From: a virus | Lineage: Duplodnaviria > Heunggongvirae > Uroviricota > Caudoviricetes | DNA: 33,089 nt | Direction: 5' to 3' (one strand) | Virus record (IMG/VR): IMGVR_UViG_2861084961_000005 | Shown here: in pieces, positions 19,312-30,010 of the stretch | Layout of the letters: every line of letters starts with the position of its first letter | How positions within the stretch are numbered: the stretch's first letter is position 1 | Translations under genes and position numbers: made by a program | Notes under the pieces: generated by a model | What the model was told of the DNA's origin: nothing | The model's input: the letters and a program-made list of their open reading frames with translations, nothing else | Database searches by the model: none

Positions 19312-19946
19312 ATGAACACTCTCGCAAATATTCAGGAACTCGCGCGCGCACTGCGCAACATGATCCGCACCGGCATTATCGTCGAAACCGACCTTAACGC
19401 CGGTCGCTGCCGTGTGCAGACCGGCGGCATGTGCACCGACTGGCTTCAGTGGCTGACCCATCGCGCCGGACGTTCGCGCACATGGTGGGCACCTTCCGTG
19501 GGGGAACAGGTGCTGATTCTGGCCGTGGGCGGTGAACTCGACACGGCGTTCGTTCTGCCGGGGATTTATTCCGGCGATAACCCCGCGCCGTCTACGTCGG
19601 CGGATGCCCTGCATATCCGTTTCCCTGACGGGGCGGTGATTGAGTATGAACCCGAAACCAGTGCACTCACGGTAAGCGGAATTAAAACGGCCAGCGTGAC
19701 GGCTTCTGATTCTGTTACTGCCACGGTGCCGGTGGTCATGGTGAAAGCGTCAACCCGCATCACCTGGACACCCCGGAGGTGGTCTGCACCAACAGACTGA
19801 TTACCGGCACGCTGGAAGTGCAGAAGGGCGGGACGATGCGCGGCAACATTAAACATACCGGCGGTGAACTCTCATCAAACGGTAAGGTACTGCATACCCA
19901 TAAACACCCCGGCGACAGCGGCGGCACAACCGGGAGTCCTCTATGA
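19312..19946 (+). CDS. V: Baseplate assembly protein (P2 gpV family); one frame break near the 3' end
   Basis: ORF 19312..19800, then continues in the next frame to ...GSPL-stop at 19944..19946, which overlaps the W start; junction near 19761..19765. Confidence 0.85.
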
Positions 19947-20290
19947 CAGCGCGTTATCTTGGAATGAATCGCAGTGATGGCCTGACTGTCACTGACCTTG
20001 AGCATATCAGCCAGAGTATCGGCGATATCCTGCGCACGCCGGTCGGCTCACGGGTGATGCGTCGTGATTACGGCTCATTGCTGGCGTCAATGATTGACCA
20101 GCCGCAGACCCCGGCGCTTGAGTTGCAGATTAAGGTCGCCTGTTACATGGCGGTGCTGAAATGGGAACCCCGCGTCACCCTGTCATCCGTCACCACTGAG
20201 CGCAGTTTTGACGGGCGAATGACGGTCACGTTAACCGGTCAGCACAACGACACCGGCCAGCCACTTTCGTTAACCATCCCTGTGAGTTGA
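19943..20290 (+). CDS. W: Baseplate protein (P2 gpW family)
   Basis: 115-aa intact ORF. Confidence 0.85.
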   Translation: MTARYLGMNRSDGLTVTDLEHISQSIGDILRTPVGSRVMRRDYGSLLASMIDQPQTPALELQIKVACYMAVLKWEPRVTLSSVTTERSFDGRMTVTLTGQHNDTGQPLSLTIPVS

Positions 20291-20294
20291 AACC

Positions 20295-21203
20295 ATGCCG
20301 ATTATCGACCTGAACCAGCTACCCGCACCGGATGTGGTCGAGGAGCTGGACTTTGAAACCATTCTTGCCGAACGCAAGGCGACACTGATTTCCCTTTACC
20401 CGGAAGACCAGCAGGAGGCGGTTGCCCGTACCCTGACGCTGGAATCCGAGCCTCTCGTCAAACTGCTGGAGGAAAATGCTTATCGTGAGCTTATCTGGCG
20501 TCAGCGTGTGAATGAGGCCGCACGGGCGGTAATGCTGGTCTGTGCCGCCGGTAATGACCTTGATGTGATTGGTGCCAATTACAACACCACGCGCCTGATT
20601 ATCACCCCGGCAGATGATTCGACCATCCCGCCGACACCGGCAGTGATGGAGTCTGACACCGATTATCGTCTGCGTATTCAGCAGGCGTTTGAGGGCTTAA
20701 GCGTCGCCGGGTCGGTGGGAGCCTATCAGTATCATGGTCGCAGTGCCGACGGGCGTGTCGCGGATATTTCTGTCACCAGTCCGTCTCCGGCCTGCGTCAC
20801 CATCTCTGTGCTGTCACGTGAAAATAACGGTGTGGCATCCGAAGACCTGCTGGCGGTGGTGCGCAACGCCCTTAATGGTGAGGACGTCAGACCGGTGGCC
20901 GACCGTGTGACCGTGCAGTCTGCCGTCATCGTTGAATACCAGATAAATGCCACGCTTTACCTTTATCCTGGCCCCGAAAGCGAACCCATTCGCGCTGCCG
21001 CCGTGAAAAAATTGGAAGCGTATATCACGGCACAGCACCGGCTGGGGCGCGACATCCGACTGTCTGCCATTTATGCCGCTTTGCATGTGGAAGGCGTGCA
21101 GCGTGTCGAACTGGCTGCACCGCTGGCCGACATCGTGCTCAACAATACGCAGGCGTCTTTCTGTACCGAATACAGCGTCGTGACCGGAGGCTCGGATGAG
21201 TGA
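20295..21203 (+). CDS. J: Baseplate protein (P2 gpJ family)
   Basis: 302-aa intact ORF. Confidence 0.85.
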   Translation: MPIIDLNQLPAPDVVEELDFETILAERKATLISLYPEDQQEAVARTLTLESEPLVKLLEENAYRELIWRQRVNEAARAVMLVCAAGNDLDVIGANYNTTRLIITPADDSTIPPTPAVMESDTDYRLRIQQAFEGLSVAGSVGAYQYHGRSADGRVADISVTSPSPACVTISVLSRENNGVASEDLLAVVRNALNGEDVRPVADRVTVQSAVIVEYQINATLYLYPGPESEPIRAAAVKKLEAYITAQHRLGRDIRLSAIYAALHVEGVQRVELAAPLADIVLNNTQASFCTEYSVVTGGSDE

Positions 21204-21807
21204 TTCGCGACTGCTGCCGACCGGCTCATCACCGCTTGAAGTCGCTGCCGCAAAAGCCTGTGCGGAAATTGAAAAAACGCCGGTCAGTATTCGTAAGCTG
21301 TGGAACCCGGACACCTGCCCGGCAAATCTGCTGCCGTGGCTGGCGTGGTCATTTTCGGTTGACCGCTGGGATGATAAGTGGCCGGAAGCGACAAAACGCG
21401 CTGTTATCCGCGATGCGTATTTCATTCACTGCCATAAGGGCACTATAGGCGCAATCCGGCGTGTGGTGGAGCCGCTCGGCTATCTGATTGAGGTGAGGGA
21501 GTGGTGGCAGCTCAACGAGGAGCCGGGGACGTTCCGCATCGTTGTTGGCGTGCTTGAGCAGGGTATTACCGAGGAAATGTATCAGGAGCTGGAGCGCCTC
21601 GTTACTGATGCAAAACCGGCAAGCCGCCATCTGACGGGACTGGCTATCAGTTTAAGTACAACCGGCAACATTTTTGCCGGTGCGGGATGCTATCACGGCG
21701 ACGCCCTGACGGTTTATCCCTACACCCCGGAGGCCATTATTGTCGGAGGGGATTATTTCCCGGCCTCGGCCATTCATTTAATTGATAACCTGAGAGTAAA
21801 CGCATGA
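21196..21807 (+). CDS. I: Baseplate protein (P2 gpI family)
   Basis: 203-aa ORF overlapping the J stop and the H start. Confidence 0.8.
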   Translation: MSDSRLLPTGSSPLEVAAAKACAEIEKTPVSIRKLWNPDTCPANLLPWLAWSFSVDRWDDKWPEATKRAVIRDAYFIHCHKGTIGAIRRVVEPLGYLIEVREWWQLNEEPGTFRIVVGVLEQGITEEMYQELERLVTDAKPASRHLTGLAISLSTTGNIFAGAGCYHGDALTVYPYTPEAIIVGGDYFPASAIHLIDNLRVNA

Positions 21808-23309
21808 CAGTGAAATACTACGCCATTCTGACTAATCAGGGCGCGGCACGGCTGGCTAACGCGACGATGCTCGGCAGTAAGCTGAATCTGACGCAAATGG
21901 CCGTTGGTGATGCGAATGGTGTCTTGCCGACACCAGACCCGGCACAGACAAAACTGATTAATCAGAAACGCATTGCACCGCTGAATCTTCTGAGTGTTGA
22001 CCCGAACAACCAGAGCCAGATTATTGCGGAGCAAATCATCCCTGAGAACGAGGGCGGATTCTGGATCCGTGAGATTGGGCTTTATGATGATGAAGGCGTA
22101 CTCATTGCGGTGGCGAACTGCCCGGAAACGTACAAACCGCAGTTGCAGGAAGGCAGTGGTCGTACCCAGACTATCCGCATGATTCTGGTTGTCACGAATA
22201 CCGAAGCTATTACGCTGAAAATCGACCCATCGGTGGTACTGGCGACCCGTAAATACGTGGATGATGAAGTCCTGGAATTAAGGCTGTATGTGGATGAACA
22301 GATGAGAAACCACATTGCCGCACAGGATCCTCATACCCAGTATGCACAGAAACATAATCCGACATTTACCGGAGAACCAAAAGCGCCGACGCCTGCCGCA
22401 GGAAATAACACCACGCGGATTGCGACCACTGAGTTTGTTCAGGCCGCTATTACCGCTCTGATTAACGGTGCGCCAGCCACGCTGGACACACTGAAAGAAA
22501 TTGCCGCAGCCATTAACAATGACCCGAAATTCAGCACCACCATTAACAATGCGCTGGCACTGAAAGCTCCGCTGTCGAGTCCCGCACTTACCGGAACGCC
22601 AACAGCACCTACTGCGGCACAGTCGGTCAACAATACACAGATTGCCACCACGGCTTTTGTGAAATCAGCAATTGCGGCAATGGTGGGTTCTGCCCCTGCG
22701 GCACTGGATACACTGAATGAACTGGCGGCGGCGCTGGGGAATGACCCTAACTTTTCAACAACAGTGCTTAATGCACTGGCAGGCAAACAACCGCTGGACA
22801 ATACGCTGACTAATTTGAGTGGAAAGGATGTTGCTGGTCTTCTCGCATACCTTGGTTTGGGAGAAGGTGCTCCAGCTATTGGCGTTCCGTTCTTCTGGCC
22901 GTCCGCTGCAATGCCAAATACTGTAATCGACAGCTGGTCCAGTATGGTGTTTTTGAAGTTCAACGGGGCGAAATTTTCTGCCTCTGATTACCCTGTGCTG
23001 GCGAAAGTGTTTCCTTCACTGGTATTACCTGAAGCCCGCGGTGATTTCATTCGTATCTGGGATGACGGGCGAGGTGCCGATGGTGGTCGCGAATTATTAA
23101 GCTGGCAGGAAGCTACAAACTTTTCTCAGTTTGCCGGGAATATAGGCGGAGGTGCGGGACACGCAATTAACTTTCATGATGGCATCGCCGGAAATCAGCC
23201 AGGATTTTCACGATTTAATTTCACCAGTAACTCTGTGGGTGATGGTGTGAATTTTGTTGCTGTCAGACCGCGAAATATTGCATTTAACTTTCTGGTGAGG
23301 GCTAAATAA
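21804..23309 (+). CDS. H: Tail fibre protein (P2 gpH family); C-terminal 148 aa lie inside the invertible segment
   Basis: 501 aa; internal tandem duplication of an approximately 55-aa unit; the left invertase crossover site is embedded at codons ...LLAYLGLGEG. Confidence 0.85.
   Translation: MTVKYYAILTNQGAARLANATMLGSKLNLTQMAVGDANGVLPTPDPAQTKLINQKRIAPLNLLSVDPNNQSQIIAEQIIPENEGGFWIREIGLYDDEGVLIAVANCPETYKPQLQEGSGRTQTIRMILVVTNTEAITLKIDPSVVLATRKYVDDEVLELRLYVDEQMRNHIAAQDPHTQYAQKHNPTFTGEPKAPTPAAGNNTTRIATTEFVQAAITALINGAPATLDTLKEIAAAINNDPKFSTTINNALALKAPLSSPALTGTPTAPTAAQSVNNTQIATTAFVKSAIAAMVGSAPAALDTLNELAAALGNDPNFSTTVLNALAGKQPLDNTLTNLSGKDVAGLLAYLGLGEGAPAIGVPFFWPSAAMPNTVIDSWSSMVFLKFNGAKFSASDYPVLAKVFPSLVLPEARGDFIRIWDDGRGADGGRELLSWQEATNFSQFAGNIGGGAGHAINFHDGIAGNQPGFSRFNFTSNSVGDGVNFVAVRPRNIAFNFLVRAK
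22840..22865. repeat. Left crossover site of the invertible segment (gix/pix-like 26-mer)
   Basis: TTCTCGCATACC-TT-GGTTTGGGAGAA; its right half is the exact reverse complement of the left half of the site at 24623..24648. Confidence 0.6.
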
Positions 23310-23902
23310 TGAAACCTGTTTTTGATGAAAATGGGCTGGCTACAGTGCCGGGCGATATGCGTTGTTTTTATTATGATGCTGAAACATCTGAGTATACGGG
23401 CTGGTCTGATGAATATATTAATACTGGCGTAAGTATGCCCGCCTGTTCCACTGGTATTGACCCGGGCGAATACATTCCGGGGAAAGTGGCAGTATTTACG
23501 GGTAAGGGATGGAGCCATGAAGAAGACCACCGCAATGAGACTGTTTACTCAATCGAAAATGGCGCAGCTGTTACAGTGGATTATATCGGTGCCATCAAAG
23601 ACGGTTATGTCACGCTTTCACCGTTAACGCCATACGATAAATGGGATGGTGAGAAATGGGTGACAGATACTGAGGCACAGCATAGCGCCGCAGTAGATGC
23701 AGCAGAAGCACAGCGCCAGTCGCTGATTGATACTGCAATGGCTTCCATCAGTCTGATTCAACTGAAATTGCAGGCCGGACGTAAACTGACGCAGGCAGAA
23801 ACCACCCGACTTAACGCTGTGCTGGATTACATTGACGCGGTGACGGCAACAGATACCAGCACCGCGCCGGATGTCATCTGGCCTGAACTGCCGGAGGCGT
23901 AG
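23309..23902 (+). CDS. G: Tail fibre assembly chaperone (P2 gpG / Tfa)
   Basis: 197-aa ORF directly after H; C-terminus ...[15 protein letters not shown] resembles the C-terminus of the oppositely oriented copy. Confidence 0.8.
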   Translation: MKPVFDENGLATVPGDMRCFYYDAETSEYTGWSDEYINTGVSMPACSTGIDPGEYIPGKVAVFTGKGWSHEEDHRNETVYSIENGAAVTVDYIGAIKDGYVTLSPLTPYDKWDGEKWVTDTEAQHSAAVDAAEAQRQSLIDTAMASISLIQLKLQAGRKLTQAETTRLNAVLDYIDAVTATDTSTAPDVIWPELPEA

Positions 23903-24332
23903 GCCATTCAATATCTGGCGCACTGGAGGTATCAACCAGTTCCAGTGCGTTCAGATAATCCAGCCACAAATTATATTGCGCCAGTTCCTCACCATTCAGA
24001 CGACCAATAGCCGCTTTACCAGGCCATTGTTTACTGTTCATGTATTCGTTGGCATGGTTAATCAATAATTGCCTCTCTGATTCGGCCTGTTCAATAAGTT
24101 CCTCATGTGATGGTGGAGGTATTTCAACCCATGCAGGATTGCCATAACCGTCCGACCCTCTGATTTTTCCAGTCGGCGGGAATCCTAAAAACTCGGTTGC
24201 ATCCTCCTCGCTAATATCAGTGAATGTGGCGATTTCATCTTCGCTCAATTTATAATCGGAAATTGACGCGGCAGGATAGAATAATGCATTCTTTGGATCA
24301 AATTTATACATTTCAATCACCCCGCTATCCAT
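23874..24332 (-). CDS. Alternative tail fibre assembly chaperone (Tfa'), inverted orientation
   Basis: 152-aa minus-strand ORF ending ...[17 protein letters not shown], parallel to the gpG C-terminus. Confidence 0.75.
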   Translation of the reverse strand: MDSGVIEMYKFDPKNALFYPAASISDYKLSEDEIATFTDISEEDATEFLGFPPTGKIRGSDGYGNPAWVEIPPPSHEELIEQAESERQLLINHANEYMNSKQWPGKAAIGRLNGEELAQYNLWLDYLNALELVDTSSAPDIEWPTPPAVQAR

Positions 24333-24622
24333 CTGTATGCGACTGGCATACTTCCAACCTGTGAAACAGAAAACCCCTGCCTCGATTTTCGCAACACATT
24401 TACGGCCCCTTTATTTGCTCCTGTATCTGCTGCACAAACGATAACTTCGAAATCGTCATACGGAAATGGTATCGGGAATAAAATGTTAGTTTGACTTGAT
24501 GTCATAGCAAATCCCCGCTGTATTATTCTCCCCGACGGGTCTCTATTCCATCCTGTCCCAGATGTCCATTCTGACATACTAGGTATCTGATTTTCCCCTG
24601 TTCCCACATTCCGTTTTGCCGC
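24317..24622 (-). other. Alternative tail fibre C-terminal coding segment, currently unfused (would join H after inversion)
   Basis: Minus-strand frame reads ...[18 protein letters not shown]... starting inside the right crossover site, mirroring ...LGLGE-GAPAIG... at the H junction; no start of its own. Confidence 0.65.
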
Positions 24623-24648
24623 TTCTCCCAAACCAACGTTTATGAAAA
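24623..24648. repeat. Right crossover site of the invertible segment
   Basis: TTCTCCCAAACC-AA-CGTTTATGAAAA: two 12-bp half sites around a 2-bp core, the same architecture as Gin/Hin sites. Confidence 0.6.
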
Positions 24649-24702
24649 TGCAGAGATAACGGGCAAGTGGCATCATCTCCGGTTTTTATTCAGGGGATGC
24701 TC

Positions 24703-25294
24703 ATGCTTATTGGCTATGTACGCGTGTCAACAAATGACCAGAACACGGAATTGCAGCGTAACGCGCTGGAGTGCGCAGGATGTGAGCTGATTTTTGAGGA
24801 TAAAATCAGCGGCACGAAGTCCGACAGGCCGGGGCTGAAAAACTGCTCAGAACATTATCGGAAGGTGACACTCTGGTTGTCTGGAAGCTGGACCGGCTGG
24901 GGCGTAGTATGCGGCATCTGGTCATTCTGGTTGAGGAGCTGCGCGAACGCGGCATTAATTTTCGCAGCCTGACGGATGCCATTGATACCAGTACGCCGAT
25001 GGGGCGTTTTTCTTTCATGTGATGGGTGCCCTGGCTGAAATGGAACGAGAGCTCATTGTCGAGCGGACTCGGGCCGGGCTGGAAGCGGCCAGAGCCAAAG
25101 GTCGTATTGGTGGCAGACGTCCTAAACTCACCGCGAGTGAGTGGGAGCAGGCCGGGCGTTTGCTGGCTGCAGGGGAGTCACGTCAACGCGTGGCACTGAT
25201 TTTTGATATTGGTCTGTCCACGCTCTATAAAAAATTTCCCTCATCAGCGACAAAGAATAAATTGTGTCATCCCTTAGCCAACCGGGACAAATAG
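24703..25294 (+). CDS. Serine recombinase, DNA invertase (Gin/Pin/Hin family); two frame breaks
   Basis: [22 protein letters not shown] (catalytic Ser region) in ORF 24667..24972; C-terminal HTH part in ORF 25019..25294; the middle segment ...[17 protein letters not shown]... is in a third frame; breaks at A-run 24838..24842 and T-run 25007..25011. Confidence 0.85.
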
Positions 25295-25353
25295 CCTGAC
25301 ATCTCCGGCACAACTGAAAATACCACTCACCCATTAACCACGGAGTTGAACGG

Positions 25354-26543
25354 ATGAGTGACTATCATCACGGCGTGCAGGTGCTGGAGATTAACGACGG
25401 CACCCGCGTCATTTCCACCGTATCCACTGCCATTGTCGGCATGGTCTGCACGGCCAGCGATGCGGATGCGGAAACCTTCCCCCTCAATAAACCGGTGCTG
25501 ATTACCAATGTGCAGAGCGCAATTGCAAAGGCCGGTAAAAAAGGCACGCTGGCGGCATCGTTGCAGGCCATCGCCGACCAGTCAAAACCGGTCACCGTTG
25601 TCGTGCGTGTGGAAGACGGCACCGGCGACGACGAGGAAACGAAACTCGCGCAGACCGTTTCCAATATCATCGGCACCACCGACGAAAACGGGCAGTACAC
25701 CGGACTGAAAGCCCTGCTGGCGGCGGAGTCGGTAACCGGTGTTAAACCGCGTATTCTCGGCGTGCCGGGACTGGACACCAAAGAGGTGGCTGTTGCACTG
25801 GCATCAGTCTGTCAGAAGCTGCGCGCTTTCGGGTATATCAGCGCATGGGGCTGTAAAACTATTTCCGAGGTGAAAGCCTACCGCCAGAATTTCAGCCAGC
25901 GTGAGTTGATGGTCATCTGGCCGGATTTCCTCGCATGGGATACGGTCACCAGTACCACCGCCACCGCGTATGCCACCGCCCGTGCGCTGGGTCTGCGCGC
26001 TAAAATCGACCAGGAGCAGGGCTGGCATAAAACACTGTCCAACGTTGGGGTGAACGGTGTTACCGGCATCAGCGCATCTGTATTCTGGGATTTGCAGGAG
26101 TCCGGCACCGATGCTGACCTGCTGAATGAGTCAGGCGTCACAACGCTGATTCGCCGTGACGGTTTCCGCTTCTGGGTAACCGTACCTGCTCTGATGACCC
26201 GCTGTTCCTCTTTGAAAACTACACCCGCACCGCGCAGGTGCTGGCCGACACGATGGCTGAGGCGCACATGTGGGCGGTGGACAAGCCCATCACCGCAACG
26301 CTGATTCGCGACATCGTTGACGGCATCAATGCCAAATTTCGTGAGCTGAAAACAAACGGCTATATCGTGGATGCGACCTGCTGGTTCAGCGAAGAATCCA
26401 ACGATGCGGAAACCCTCAAGGCCGGAAAACTGTATATCGACTACGACTATACCCCGGTGCCTCCTCTCGAAAACCTGACCCTGCGCCAGCGTATCACCGA
26501 TAAATATCTGGCAAATCTGGTCACCTCGGTTAACAGCAATTAA
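25354..26543 (+). CDS. FI: Tail sheath protein (P2 gpFI family); one frame break
   Basis: ORF 25354..26304 continues in ORF 26238..26543 frame; junction at G-run 26174..26176. Confidence 0.9.
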
Positions 26544-26555
26544 GGAGCCTGACCG

Positions 26556-27074
26556 ATGGCAATGCCGCGCAAACTCAAGTTAATGAACGTCTTTCTGAAC
26601 GGCTACAGCTATCAGGGCGTTGCAAAGTCCGTCACGCTGCCAAAACTGACCCGTAAGCTCGAAAACTATCGCGGTGCGGGGATGAACGGCAGCGCACCGG
26701 TAGACCTCGGCCTTGATGACGATGCGCTGTCAATGGAGTGGTCGCTCGGTGGCTTCCCGGATTCGGTTATCTGGGAGCTTTACGCCGCAACCGGTGTGGA
26801 TGCTGTGCCGATTCGTTTTGCAGGCTCTTACCAGCGTGACGATACCGGCGAAACGGTGGCCGTCGAGGTGGTCATGCGTGGACGTCAGAAAGAAATCGAC
26901 ACCGGCGAGGGGAAACAGGGAGAAGACACCGAGTCGAAAATCTCCGTGGTCTGCACCTATTTCCGGCTGACGATGGACGGTAAGGAGCTGGTCGAAATCG
27001 ACACCATCAACATGATTGAGAAGGTGAACGGCGTCGACCGGCTGGAGCAACACCGCCGCAATATCGGCCTGTGA
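26556..27074 (+). CDS. FII: Tail tube protein (P2 gpFII family)
   Basis: 172-aa intact ORF after the sheath gene. Confidence 0.9.
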   Translation: MAMPRKLKLMNVFLNGYSYQGVAKSVTLPKLTRKLENYRGAGMNGSAPVDLGLDDDALSMEWSLGGFPDSVIWELYAATGVDAVPIRFAGSYQRDDTGETVAVEVVMRGRQKEIDTGEGKQGEDTESKISVVCTYFRLTMDGKELVEIDTINMIEKVNGVDRLEQHRRNIGL

Positions 27075-27130
27075 TTTTCATCCGGTCAGCCAGGCTGACC
27101 GGTTAACCCTGATTCAGAAGTGAGAAAACC

Positions 27131-27406
27131 ATGAACAAAGAAAATGTGATTACCCTGGACAATCCGGTCAAGCGTGGTGAGCAGGTTATCGAACAGGTCA
27201 CGCTGATGAAACCCAATGCCGGGACGCTGCGCGGTGTCAGTCTGGCTGCGGTCGCAAACTCCGAAGTCGATGCACTGATTAAGGTGCTGCCGCGCATGAC
27301 GGCACCGATGCTGACCGAACAGGAGGTCGCCGAGCTGGAACTGCCTGACCTTGTGGCGCTGGCCGGTAAGGTGGTCGGTTTTTTGTCGCCGAACTCGGTG
27401 CAGTGA
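27131..27406 (+). CDS. E: Tail assembly chaperone (P2 gpE)
   Basis: 91-aa ORF; contains the slippery run T6G at 27379..27385 near its 3' end. Confidence 0.85.
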   Translation: MNKENVITLDNPVKRGEQVIEQVTLMKPNAGTLRGVSLAAVANSEVDALIKVLPRMTAPMLTEQEVAELELPDLVALAGKVVGFLSPNSVQ

Positions 27407-27558
27407 CGTTTCCGAAAAATCTCTCGGTCGATGACCTGATGGCGGATGTGGCAGTGATATTTCACTGGCCGCCATCAGAACTGTATCCCATGAGCCTGAC
27501 CGAACTCATCACATGGCGCGAAAAGGCGCTCCGGCGAAGCGGAAACACGAATGAGTAA
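27131..27558 (+). CDS. Tail assembly chaperone E+E' made by programmed -1 ribosomal frameshift
   Basis: -1 frame from the T-run is open to TAA 27556..27558 (...FFVAELGAVTFPKNLSVDDLMADVAVIFHWPPSELYPMSLTELITWREKALRRSGNTNE), overlapping the T start; same arrangement as lambda G/GT and P2 E/E'. Confidence 0.7.
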
Positions 27559-29996
27559 CAATGTAAAATTACAGGTATTGCTCAGGGCTGTTGACCAGGC
27601 ATCCCGCCCGTTTAAATCCATCCGCACAGCGAGTAAGTCGCTGTCGGGGGATATCCGGGAAACACAAAAATCACTGCGCGAGCTGAACGGTCACGCATCC
27701 CGTATTGAGGGATTCCGCAAGACCAGTGCACAGCTCGCCGTGACTGGTCATGCACTTGAAAAGGCTCGGCAGGAAGCCGAAGCCCTTGCCACACAGTTTA
27801 AAAACACCGAACGTCCGACCCGTGCTCAGGCGAAAGTGCTGGAATCCGCAAAGCGTGCGGCGGAGGACTTACAGGCGAAATATAACCGCCTGACGGATTC
27901 CGTTAAACGCCAGCAGCGGGAACTGGCCGCTGTGGGAATTAATACCCGCAATCTTGCACATGATGAGCAGGGACTGAAAAACCGTATCAGTGAAACCACC
28001 GCACAGCTTAACCGTCAGCGCGACGCGCTGGCGCGTGTCAGTGCGCAACAGGCAAAACTTAACGCAGTCAAACAGCGTTATCAGGCCGGAAAGGAGCTGG
28101 CCGGAAATATGGTCTCGGTGGGCGCTGCCGGTGTGGGGATTGCTGCTGCGGGAACGATGGCCGGAGTTAAGCTGCTGATGCCCGGTTATGAGTTTGCGCA
28201 GAAAAACTCAGAATTGCAGGCTGTGCTGGGAGTGGCAAAAGACTCCGCCGAAATGACCGCACTCCGCAAGCAGGCGCGCCAGCTCGGCGACAATACCGCC
28301 GCCTCGGCAGATGATGCAGCCGGTGCACAGATTATCATTGCGAAAGCCGGTGGGGATGTTGATGCCATTCAGGCGGCAACGCCGGTCACGCTGAATATGG
28401 CGCTGGCGAACCGCCGCACGATGGAAGAAAACGCCGCCCTGCTGATGGGGATGAAATCCGCCTTTCAGCTTTCAAACGATAAGGTCGCTCATATCGGGGA
28501 TGTTCTCTCCATGACGATGAACAAAACCGCCGCCGATTTTGACGGCATGAGCGATGCGCTGACCTATGCCGCACCTGTGGCAAAAAATGCCGGTGTCAGC
28601 ATTGAAGAAACCGCCGCAATGGTCGGGGCGCTGCATGATGCAAAATCACAGGCTCAATGGCGGGGACGGGAAGCCGTGCCGTGTTAAGCCGCCTGCAGGC
28701 ACCGACGGGAAAAGCATGGGATGCACTCAAAGAGCTTGGCGTGAAAACCTCAGACAGCAAGGGAAACACCCGGCCAATATTTACCATTCTGAAAGAAATG
28801 CAGGCCAGTTTTGAGAAAAACCGGCTCGGTACTGCCCAGCAGGCTGAATACATGAAAACCATTTTCGGGGAGGAGGCCAGCTCAGCCGCCGCTGTGCTGA
28901 TGACTGCCGCCTCAACCGGAAAGCTGGACAAACTGACCGCTGCGTTTAAAGCCTCAGACGGGAAGACCGCAGAGCTGGTAAATATCATGCAGGACAACCT
29001 CGGCGGTGACTTTAAGGAGTTTCAGTCCGCTTATGAGGCGGTGGGGACTGACCTGTTTGACCAGCAGGAAGGCGCACTGCGTAATCTCACGCAGACGGCC
29101 ACAAAGTATGTGTTAAAACTCGACGGCTGGATCCAGAAAACAAATCACTGGCGTCAACCATCGGCATCATTGTCGGTGGTGCACTGGCACTGATTGGTGT
29201 CATCGGTGCCATTGGCCTCGTAGCCTGGCCGGTTATCACCGGCATCAATGCCATCATCGCGGCAGCAGGCGCAATGGGGGCAATCTTCACGACGGTTGGC
29301 AGTGCTGTTATAACCGCCATCGGGGCGATTAGCTGGCCGGTTGTGGCCGTGGTGGCCGCCATTGTCGCCGGGGCGTTGCTTATCCGTAAATACTGGGAGC
29401 CTGTCAGCGCATTCTTTGGCGGTGTGGTGGAAGGGCTGAAAGCGGCATTTGCGCCGGTGGGGGAACTGTTCACGCCACTTAAACCGGTGTTTGACTGGCT
29501 GGGTGAAAAGTTACAGGCCGCGTGGCAGTGGTTTAAAAACCTGATTGCCCCGGTCAAAGCCACCCAGGACACCCTGAACCGTTGCCGTGACACGGGCGTC
29601 ATGTTCGGGCAGGCACTGGCTGACGCGCTGATGCTGCCGCTTAATGCGTTCAACAAACTGCGCAGTGGTATTGACTGGGTACTGGAAAAACTCGGTGTTA
29701 TCAACAAAGAGTCAGACACACTTGACCAGACCGCCGCCAGAACTCAAGCCGCCACGTATGGCAGCGGTGGTTATATTCCGGCGACCAGCTCTTATGCAGG
29801 TTATCAGGCTTATCAGCCGGTCACGGCACCGGCTGGCCGCTCTTATGTAGACCAGAGTAAAAACGAATATCACATCAGCCTGACGGGTGGTACTGCGCCG
29901 GGGACACAGCTCGACCGCCAGTTACAGGATGCGCTCGAAAAATACGAGCGGGATAAACGTGCGCGCGCCCGTGCCAGCATGATGCATGACGGTTAA
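27551..29996 (+). CDS. T: Tail tape measure protein (P2 gpT family); reading frame interrupted at least twice
   Basis: Three consecutive ORFs 27551..28687, 28657..29193 and 29274..29996 in different frames, Ala/Gly-rich with a hydrophobic segment; first junction at AA 28656..28657. Confidence 0.85.
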
Positions 29997-30010
29997 GGAG
30001 GTGACGAAAA

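Larger units (their letters stand above)
22840..24648. mobile_element. Invertible tail-fibre host-range segment (Mu G / P1 C-segment type)
   Basis: Bounded by inverted 26-bp sites; contains the H variable end plus tfa on one strand and an alternative fibre end plus tfa' on the other; invertase gene adjacent. Confidence 0.65.
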
